Shown: positions 46,347 through 55,062 of the stretch, piece after piece
Position numbering within the stretch: the stretch's first letter is position 1
How the letters are laid out: the number at the start of each line of letters is the position of its first letter
From: Candidatus Rariloculaceae bacterium
GTDB lineage: Bacteria; Pseudomonadota; Gammaproteobacteria; Steroidobacterales; Rariloculaceae
Reading direction: 5' to 3'
NCBI GenBank assembly: GCA_045561055.1
Contig: JBJKYL010000017.1
Span: 325,604-389,603, forward strand
Length of the DNA: 64,000 nucleotides
Notes under the pieces: generated by a model
Seen by the model: only the letters and a program-made list of their open reading frames with translations
Databases searched by the model: none
What the model was told of the DNA's origin: nothing
Program-made: the position numbers and the translations under genes

Positions 46347-47732
46347 TTAACCCTTAATCCCGCCTCGCGTTAGCTCCATCGGATCGAGTAAATCTTTGAG
46401 ATCCTTCTCGCTTAAATCAGTTTCCTCCGCCGCTACTTCCTGAATTGCACGACCATCCTTGTAGGCCTGCTTAGCCACGGCAGCACCCTTCTCATACCCA
46501 ATGACCGAATTCAGGGCCGTCACAAGAATCGGATTACGTTCTAGCGTCTCCTGAAGACGCGTTTCATTTACTACGAACCCCTCAATAGCTGAATCCGCAA
46601 GCACACGAGCTGAGTTACCTAGTAGCTCGATACTTTGCAAAAGATTGTACGCCACCACGGGAAGCATGACGTTGAGCTGAAAGTTACCAGACTGGCCAGC
46701 TATCGTAATCGTGGCATCGTTACCGATTACCTGCGCCGAAGACATTGCCACAGCTTCTGGAATGACGGGATTCACCTTGCCAGGCATTATGCTGCTGCCA
46801 GGCTGTAGCGCAGGAAGTGAAATTTCAGCGAGCCCAGCTAATGGCCCGCTATTCATCCAGCGTAAATCGTTAGCGATCTTCATCAAGCTCACTGCAGTAG
46901 TCTTGAGCTGACCGGAAAGCTCAACAGCCGTGTCCTGGCTACTCATCGCTTCAAAATAGTTGTCAGTAGAACAAAAACCGATACTGGTTTTACTAGCAAG
47001 CTCTTCACATACACGAACTGCAAACTCAGGATGAGCATTGATCCCAGTCCCAACCGCTGTACCACCCTGTGTGAGACTGCTTAACCTCGGCAAAACACCT
47101 TCGATCCGATCATAATTGGATATAACCTGTGCATGCCAACCAGATAATTCCTGATCTAATGTGACAGGCATAGCGTCCATGAGATGCGTGCGCCCAGTCT
47201 TAACAATATCGCCAAGCAGCCTACCCTTGCGTTGAATCGCATCTGATAAGTGGCGAAGCGAGGGCAACAGCACCTCCGTGACGGCAAGAGCAGCACTCAC
47301 ATGTATAGCCGAAGGAATCACGTCGTTGCTACTTTGCCCCATGTTCACGTGATCGTTAGGATGAACACTAAGTCCCGACGCCTCACTCGCTAAATGCGCG
47401 ATAACCTCGTTCGCATTCATATTAGAACTGGTTCCTGAGCCAGTTTGGAATACATCTATCGGAAACTCAGTATCATGATCACCGCTAGCGACCGCAGCCG
47501 CTGCCGTCTTGATGGCCTCAGCGATATCGCTAGACAATAGCTCCAATCTTGAGTTGGTAGCGGCAGCTGCCGCTTTGATCAGCCCGAGCCCACGAATGAA
47601 ATAGCGTGGCATGGTAAGACCGCTAATGGGAAAATTATTGATGGCTCGCTGTGTCTGCGCACCCCAAAGAGCTTCCGAAGGGACTTCCAACGTACCCATA
47701 CTATCTCGCTCGGTTCGTGTTTTGCTTACCAT
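46347..47732 (-). CDS. fumC: Class II fumarate hydratase
   Basis: 461 aa. RTERDSMGTLEVPSEALWGAQTQRAINNF is the fumarase-type N-terminus; GSSIMPGKVNP signature. Confidence 0.92.
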   Translation of the reverse strand: MVSKTRTERDSMGTLEVPSEALWGAQTQRAINNFPISGLTMPRYFIRGLGLIKAAAAATNSRLELLSSDIAEAIKTAAAAVASGDHDTEFPIDVFQTGSGTSSNMNANEVIAHLASEASGLSVHPNDHVNMGQSSNDVIPSAIHVSAALAVTEVLLPSLRHLSDAIQRKGRLLGDIVKTGRTHLMDAMPVTLDQELSGWHAQVISNYDRIEGVLPRLSSLTQGGTAVGTGINAHPEFAVRVCEELASKTSIGFCSTDNYFEAMSSQDTAVELSGQLKTTAVSLMKIANDLRWMNSGPLAGLAEISLPALQPGSSIMPGKVNPVIPEAVAMSSAQVIGNDATITIAGQSGNFQLNVMLPVVAYNLLQSIELLGNSARVLADSAIEGFVVNETRLQETLERNPILVTALNSVIGYEKGAAVAKQAYKDGRAIQEVAAEETDLSEKDLKDLLDPMELTRGGIKG

Positions 47733-47804
47733 AGTGAATCCTTACTCTCTTTTCATGGTTACTACCAGCCCTAGCTCCCCGGCGTCGGAGAAACCCCGGG
47801 AACA

Positions 47805-49227
<1,423 letters not shown>

Positions 49228-49310
49228 CTCGACCTTTGAAAAGCCCCAGTCGAAGCACTAGCGTATCATCGTATAAGACGGAATCGGTTCTCGAAAAGAG
49301 CTAAAGCTCG

Positions 49311-49847
49311 CTACCTTGGTCTGATTCTTGCTCCTGACATCCCCTTGCTTTCATCCGGCGGCTCTGGAAGTTTGCACTCTAGCGTGGCCCACTCGAGTTC
49401 ACGATTTGCATCCAGATTATTCATCATATAAGCCGCTGATTGTATGAAACTCATTTGACCGCGCAGCTCGTTTTCGAGATTCCTGATGTCCATTCTCGAT
49501 AGTCGCGACCCAATTCGTAGTCTCCCCGTAAGATCACAACGGAAGCTTAGTTCATTTCCAAGTACTGAAAAATCCTCAAACCTGACCTCTCCGTTTGGCT
49601 TACGACCCCATGCCCAGGTGAAGTCGCTCTTCGGCAGATTCATCTGACCCGGGAAGCCACTACTAAACTGAGCGCCGACCGTATTTAAGACAAACAAATT
49701 TAATAGCAAACTAACGCCGATCCGACCAATCGCACTTTGAAAGCCTTCTGTAGACCTAGCATCGAAAAACATAATTATCTCCTCGGACACCCGGCAAACC
49801 GATATTTTATTAACCCTGTTCCCGTGTAACCATGTGAACCGCATCAA
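49311..49847 (-). CDS. Secreted hypothetical protein
   Basis: 178-aa ORF. The probable start is the internal MFFDARSTEGFQSAIGRIGVSLLLNLFVLNTVGA (signal-like). No family recognised. Confidence 0.45.
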   Translation of the reverse strand: MMRFTWLHGNRVNKISVCRVSEEIIMFFDARSTEGFQSAIGRIGVSLLLNLFVLNTVGAQFSSGFPGQMNLPKSDFTWAWGRKPNGEVRFEDFSVLGNELSFRCDLTGRLRIGSRLSRMDIRNLENELRGQMSFIQSAAYMMNNLDANRELEWATLECKLPEPPDESKGMSGARIRPR

Positions 49848-49896
49848 AATAAAGACAGGGTAGATCCCCCAAATACGGTGCTGAGCTCCGATTGAT

Positions 49897-50004
49897 TTAT
49901 AACACCTGGGTATCCACTACCCACGGCCCCAAGAGTACCTCCGGATCGTACACAGTAACGTCATACCGGAACGTGTTTCCAATATGGGTAAAACGTTCGT
50001 CCAT
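49897..50004 (-). pseudogene. 35-codon fragment resembling the C-terminal motif of the long His-His family
   Basis: My translation is MDERFTHIGNTFRYDVTVYDPEVLLGPWVVDTQVL*. Compare ERFSLSADSALLNYSITITDPVVFKSPF (52105..53127) and ERFSLSVDKNQLNYEMIVTDPATFTEPV (61686..62750). A TGA lies immediately upstream in frame. Confidence 0.35.
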
Positions 50005-50219
50005 TCATCTCCACGATCATTTAACTTCAATCCAAACTAAATAACATAAAGTATTATGCCTTGTGTACAATCCTTATATAGGAAACCACTCACGTGCACG
50101 CATAACTCCCTAACCTACTTTGAGCTAGTATAACTTCCAGATAGAACCCATAAATTAATATCTCAAAGTATCCCCTCTAAATGCTTGGCTCATATTCCAC
50201 AAATATTAAAAGGACTGCT

Positions 50220-50900
50220 ATGATCTCTAGGAAGGCTCACCGTAGCGCAATGTTGTTCACCGTAATTTCCATATCTGGAATACTAACCGGGCAGGCGCAA
50301 GCTCCTCTCGATACAGAGGAATCAAAAATTCTTTACGCCCTCGGTATTGCCCTTGCCCAGAACCTCGATACACTCAACCTAACCGCGGATGAACTCGTGC
50401 TGGTAAACCAAGGCATTGCCGATGGCGTCTTGGCCCGGGATCAACGAGTTGACATGCAGGAGTACGGTCCCAAGCTTCAAGCTTTCGCTGAACAACGTGT
50501 CGGCATCACAACGAGTGCAGCGCAAGCCGAAGGGGAACTATTCCTAGAACAAATGGCAAATGAAGCAGGTGCTATACGAACAGCTTCCGGTTTGGTATCC
50601 ATCGAAACGGTCACGGGAACAGGTGCGACCCCTGCAGCGATGGATACTGTTACGGTTCACTACCACGGTACTTTCACAGACGGATCAGTTTTCGATAGCT
50701 CTGTTGAACGTGGTGAACCGGCGAGCTTTGCGCTAAATCAAGTCATCCCATGCTGGACGGAAGGCCTACAGCTCATGCAAGTCGGCGGTAAGAGTCGTAT
50801 CGTCTGCCCTTCCGATATCGCATACGGCGATCAGGGAAGGCCTGGGATTCCACCCGCCTCCGTCCTCGTATTCGAAATCGATTTACTCGCGATCGAATAA
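50220..50900 (+). CDS. FKBP-type peptidyl-prolyl isomerase (FkpA/Mip-like, periplasmic)
   Basis: Signal peptide, helical N-domain, then an FKBP domain (VTVHYHGTFTDGSVFDSS...PASFALNQVIPCWTEGLQLMQVGGKSRIVCPSDIAYGDQG). ATG 50220 has an AGGA Shine-Dalgarno. Confidence 0.88.
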   Translation: MISRKAHRSAMLFTVISISGILTGQAQAPLDTEESKILYALGIALAQNLDTLNLTADELVLVNQGIADGVLARDQRVDMQEYGPKLQAFAEQRVGITTSAAQAEGELFLEQMANEAGAIRTASGLVSIETVTGTGATPAAMDTVTVHYHGTFTDGSVFDSSVERGEPASFALNQVIPCWTEGLQLMQVGGKSRIVCPSDIAYGDQGRPGIPPASVLVFEIDLLAIE

Positions 50901-50923
50901 CGGCAGACGAAAAGCAACCGTAG

Positions 50924-51604
50924 TTATCTTGGATGTAAGGTGAGACTCGGTGGATCACCGACCCAACGTTCCCCGGTTTCTACGCGGTTTTTCTGAATTT
51001 CGCCGTTATCATCCGAATAAAACTCGTATCGGATCCTTCTACCTTCAACGTCCAGGATACCGAGAGACTGTTGAAAAAGTACCGGTGGCGGCGAATTAAT
51101 TGAGACCGTTGCTTCTACTATGTATAGCCGCCGTACATGCCGAAATATCCCAGCGTAAGTTCGTGTTTGATCACCGTTCGTAATGTGCAACTGATGTCCC
51201 GCGATACGATCATAGGCCGCCCAAGAATCATAGGTTAGTTCGCCACCTCGTTTCCTTATATTCCACGCTGCATAGTCGACCGCACCTAAAATATCGCCTG
51301 GCAAATCGTCCCCCCTAGTGCGCGAATCACGTTCTCTTAACAAACGCTCGGCATCCGTATAGTCAACCACAGTGACTGAGTAACGATTGGGACCATAATT
51401 CGCTGTATAAACCCGAGCAGGAAGAAGTGCGCGGTATTCAGAAAGGTATGTCGTTTCCGTTATCTCTGGATCACCGGCAAAGTTAATGGTGAACTGATCG
51501 GTTAGGTTCGCGTATTCGATCCACTCCTGTGTTAAACCGATACCTGGAGAAAAAACAACAACCAAAGTAGCAAGCAATATTGATACACGCATATCCACCT
51601 CCAA
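50924..51604 (-). CDS. Secreted hypothetical protein (last gene of the amidohydrolase / His-His operon)
   Basis: 226 aa with the signal MRVSILLATLVVVFSPGIGLT|QE. It begins about 19-31 nt after the upstream gene. No family recognised. Confidence 0.55.
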   Translation of the reverse strand: MEVDMRVSILLATLVVVFSPGIGLTQEWIEYANLTDQFTINFAGDPEITETTYLSEYRALLPARVYTANYGPNRYSVTVVDYTDAERLLRERDSRTRGDDLPGDILGAVDYAAWNIRKRGGELTYDSWAAYDRIAGHQLHITNGDQTRTYAGIFRHVRRLYIVEATVSINSPPPVLFQQSLGILDVEGRRIRYEFYSDDNGEIQKNRVETGERWVGDPPSLTLHPR

Positions 51605-51623
51605 AAAATTGCGGCGCTAGGTC

Positions 51624-52001
51624 TCAGTCGAACTCTTTCTCAACACCGGCTTCGTTAGTAATGTACCCGAGCAAACAGCCAGATGAACCGTCCTTGAGGG
51701 GATGACAGCGAACAGATATATCGTCTCCGACCTGAACCATCTCCGTAGTCCAACCCTTCCGAAAAAGCGTTCTCGCCGCCGCACCCTCAAGAACCCACAA
51801 ATCTGGTTCATCGTTAGAGCCTAAGACCTCTAGGTAAACCCAAGAATGCGGGTTCAACCAATGAATCTCTCGTACCGTACCTTCCATGACCAAGTACTCA
51901 GCCCTGATAAAATTCTGATGAGAATGATGCGCTGCTGCTGGGAGAACCGTGAAAACTAATACAACAAATACAAAGGTAATGTTGTTCCTAAACACATTCA
52001 T
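51624..52001 (-). CDS. Short-form secreted His-His/NPH-motif protein (paralogue S2)
   Basis: 125 aa. The signal ends PAAA|HHSH, then EGTVREIHWLNPH. Same length and register as 15356..15730. Confidence 0.8.
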   Translation of the reverse strand: MNVFRNNITFVFVVLVFTVLPAAAHHSHQNFIRAEYLVMEGTVREIHWLNPHSWVYLEVLGSNDEPDLWVLEGAAARTLFRKGWTTEMVQVGDDISVRCHPLKDGSSGCLLGYITNEAGVEKEFD

Positions 52002-52104
52002 ATCGAGATCCTTTGGTCACCATTTGACAAGACTCTAGCATTCCAGGATTGCTCCCGCGTTGTCCAAGCGTACCAAACTAACAATCAAATTACAGACAAC
52101 AACT

Positions 52105-53127
52105 CTACCATTCAGTAACGCAATTAAGCGCTTCTATTTCGACACCTGGAGCCCAATCGCGCGTTGAATCAATCGTAAAGGGGCTTTTGAAAACTACCGG
52201 ATCAGTGATTGTTATCGAATAATTCAACAACGCACTATCGGCCGATAAGGAAAATCGCTCAAAGTAACTGACTTCTGTTGATTGCGGTGTGCCGATCACC
52301 GAGTAATAAGGCCAGGCCACGTGCGTTGTTCTGACGACGAGGTCATCACCCTCCCAACGGCCCACAGAATAGCCCAGAGGCGATGATTGGGACCTCTCAC
52401 CGACTTCCATCGAATTCATATGGACTAAGCGCTCAACGCCAGCCTGCCGGACATTTATGACTATATCGTCCCCGCGTTTTACAAATTCCAGCGGGACTGG
52501 GTCGAACATCGTGTCCGGCATACCTTGTTGGCAGTAGAGCTCCAGATTATCGACAATAGGATTATAGACCTGAGCTAATCGGTGCCCCTGATCCGTAAGT
52601 GGCTGTGCCTCGACGATTCCTCTAAGCAGTGAACCGAGACCAGAACGTCTGCCCCAAACGCGAAAAAGGCCATCAGCTTCTCGTTGCGCTAAAGCAACCT
52701 TCGTGGGATCAATATCCGCAGTCGGCGCCAGAGCCGTTCCCATCCAGAGAAATTCACGATTACCCTGCACCAACTCCTGTCCATCCGGTAACAAAAGGTT
52801 TAACACACCGAGAGATCTCGGGTTCCGCTTAGATACATATCCAGCAACACTCGCACGCCCCAAAAAACTTTCAGGTGATATACCTCTACGCTCTAAGGCA
52901 CGTGGAGAGGGCCCTAGTTCCAATTCCCAGATAGTCTCCTCACCATCATTACTGAAAGATTTTACTTTCGCCCGCACATGGGGATTACGCCAAAGCACAT
53001 CAACGAACTGCCCTTCGACTTCAATGACACGGTCGGTAAAATACAAGACTTCATTCGAAGGCGGCCCATGATGAGCCGCTGCTGACAGTGCAAATAACAA
53101 CAAACACGGCAAGAGCGGTCGTTCCAT
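52105..53127 (-). CDS. Long-form secreted His-His/NPH-motif protein (paralogue L-A)
   Basis: 340 aa. The signal ends SAAA|HHGP, then EGQFVDVLWRNPH. C-terminal ~200-aa domain with GYSVGRWEGDDLVVRTTH, ERFSLSADSALLNYSITITDP and two conserved Cys. Confidence 0.8.
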   Translation of the reverse strand: MERPLLPCLLLFALSAAAHHGPPSNEVLYFTDRVIEVEGQFVDVLWRNPHVRAKVKSFSNDGEETIWELELGPSPRALERRGISPESFLGRASVAGYVSKRNPRSLGVLNLLLPDGQELVQGNREFLWMGTALAPTADIDPTKVALAQREADGLFRVWGRRSGLGSLLRGIVEAQPLTDQGHRLAQVYNPIVDNLELYCQQGMPDTMFDPVPLEFVKRGDDIVINVRQAGVERLVHMNSMEVGERSQSSPLGYSVGRWEGDDLVVRTTHVAWPYYSVIGTPQSTEVSYFERFSLSADSALLNYSITITDPVVFKSPFTIDSTRDWAPGVEIEALNCVTEW

Positions 53128-53128
53128 C

Positions 53129-54403
53129 TCAACGTGTCATTAACGCAGCACGATCGACCTGTTCTCCACGGAGGTAAACCCGTGAGATCCGCCGCGTATT
53201 CTTAATATTCTCAAGAGGATTAGCAGAAAGCACAATAAAATCTGCGCTTTTACCTACTTCGATTGTGCCCATATCAGTTAATCCCAACGCGTCAGCTGAA
53301 TTCTTAGTAGCGGCTACTATAACTTCGCCTGGCGTCATACCAGAAATCACCATGTCTTCCATCTCAGTATGTGGCGCCCAAGGCGTATTTCCATCAGTAC
53401 CCATAGCAATAGTCATCCCTGCGATATTGAGTCGGGCCAGATTACGGGACTGAATACCAAAAGCTACTTTAGCCTGAGAGTTATCTTCCCCGGCCCGTAG
53501 TGCGGCTAATTCCTCATTGGGTATCGAACCGGTAAGCCAGCTCGGATCAATCGCAACACCGCGTCCGGGCAAATTGGGAATAAGTACAACATCGGGATTT
53601 TCGCGCACCAGTTGGAGAAATTCGTCATCTATATCCTGATCGCGAACGCCATGCGCGAAAATATCTACACCCGCGCGAAGTAGGCCTTTTCCATCTTCAA
53701 GATCAAATATATGTGCAGCCACCTTCAAGCCTTGCGCATGTGCTTCCTCAATAACCGCTCCGTAAATTTCGGGAGTCAGCTTCACAAATTGATCATCTCG
53801 ATCATCGACCCAAACCTTGATTAAGTTAACGTTGCGGGCAGCCTCTATTCGAACGGCCTCGCGAGCCTCTTCCTCAGTCCCAACCCAGTGGACCACCCGG
53901 CGCCCCGGTTCCGGACCAACAATGCCGTGACCAGCTGACAAAAACCGTGCTGTCCCCGGAATTGTTTCATCACGCAGATCGAGTGGAGCGTCCGGCCCGT
54001 CTGATCCCATACTAATAGCAGCACCAACCCCAAAATATGCACGCCGTTGCAGATCCTCTATCAGAGTGTCACGGCTAGTAGTCATATGCGTATGCGCATC
54101 AACGATCGCAGGCATAACCGTCATTCCAGCTAGATTCACCCGCGTTGCTGCCTCCGGCACGGTGTACGCACCTATCTCACCCACGGCAGTGATTTCACTA
54201 TTTGAAACAGTAAACATTCCATTTTCGATTACAGCGCCGTTACCTACAATGAGCCTTGCTCCCTCGTATACAACACTATTTCGAGGCGCCTGTCCTTGAG
54301 CGCAGGCTGTAAGTAAAACAAATGCAACTGCAAGCACCAAAGGCTGTCCTGTAATGCCCCCGCAATACGATTTTATGTTTTTTGTCTGCATCGTAATCTC
54401 CAC
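53129..54403 (-). CDS. Secreted amidohydrolase-family metal-dependent hydrolase
   Basis: 424 aa. Signal/lipoprotein-like leader (LVLAVAFVLLTACAQG), VMPAIVDAHTHM (HxH), ...VAAHIF..., IAMGTDGN and GTIEVGKSADFIVLSANPLENI. Its stop is 1 nt from the L-A start. Confidence 0.85.
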   Translation of the reverse strand: MEITMQTKNIKSYCGGITGQPLVLAVAFVLLTACAQGQAPRNSVVYEGARLIVGNGAVIENGMFTVSNSEITAVGEIGAYTVPEAATRVNLAGMTVMPAIVDAHTHMTTSRDTLIEDLQRRAYFGVGAAISMGSDGPDAPLDLRDETIPGTARFLSAGHGIVGPEPGRRVVHWVGTEEEAREAVRIEAARNVNLIKVWVDDRDDQFVKLTPEIYGAVIEEAHAQGLKVAAHIFDLEDGKGLLRAGVDIFAHGVRDQDIDDEFLQLVRENPDVVLIPNLPGRGVAIDPSWLTGSIPNEELAALRAGEDNSQAKVAFGIQSRNLARLNIAGMTIAMGTDGNTPWAPHTEMEDMVISGMTPGEVIVAATKNSADALGLTDMGTIEVGKSADFIVLSANPLENIKNTRRISRVYLRGEQVDRAALMTR

Positions 54404-54633
54404 AAATAATTTTTTTATACCTTACGTTAGATAAATGTTTTGATATCGGCCATCAATAAATAATCCATCTCCAACCAGCGAAATCCAACTAGCCTAAGGG
54501 CTATTGCTTGGCAAGTTATCGAGAAAACGGTCACGATCGTTATAAGCCCACCGGCCACTGATCATTTGATTTCATAGAAATAGTGTTTCTTAACAACTCA
54601 TCAACGGCAACCTCTGGTTACGGCAAACTAGTT

Positions 54634-54670
54634 GCCCCTGCGACAAAGCTCAGGGGCATTTATTTTTCTT
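54634..54670 (+). terminator. Orphan intrinsic-terminator-like hairpin
   Basis: GCCCCTG - 10-nt loop - CAGGGGC followed by ATTTATTTTTCTT. There is no plus-strand gene upstream; the neighbour is a minus-strand gene start. Confidence 0.4.
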
Positions 54671-54767
54671 CCTACACCTATCACCTATTGACCTTAAGGT
54701 GAGCACCATCAACAGGTAGCGTATTCTTAATTGTTTCAGATCACAATTCCTAACGAGCACATAGCCT

Positions 54768-55016
54768 TTGAACGAACCATTCCTCATATATCAGCTCCGT
54801 CCGGAAGATACAGTTGCGGAAAATGAGTTCGAGAAAATATGTCGCTATGGAGGATTGCAAGCAAGCGAAGTCGTTCGAGTAAGGATCCACCATACAAGTC
54901 TGCCCAAAATCCAACTCGAAAACTATTGCGGGATCATTGTCGGTGGAAGCCCACTCGACGTGAGCATACCGGAGGACGCGAAAACCCAAATACAAAAAAG
55001 GAAGATACGCCTCTAG
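54768..55016 (+). pseudogene. N-terminal ~80-codon remnant of a class I glutamine amidotransferase (GuaA-like GATase1 family)
   Basis: (TTG)NEPFLIYQLRPEDTVAENEFEKICRYGGLQASEVVRVRIHH..LPKIQLENYCGIIVGGSPLDVSIPEDAKTQIQKR matches the N-terminus I recall for ~240-aa stand-alone GATase1 proteins. It stops after ~82 codons, before the catalytic Cys/His region. Confidence 0.55.
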
Positions 55017-55017
55017 C

Positions 55018-55050
55018 GAAGAAAATACTCTACCGATCCGTTAGTCGGTA
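55018..55050 (-). terminator. Probable terminator of aprA
   Basis: On the minus strand, just after the aprA stop: TACCGA - 8-nt loop - TCGGTA followed by GAGTATTTTCTTC. The stem is short. Confidence 0.4.
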
Positions 55051-55062
55051 CCGACAAGTTTT

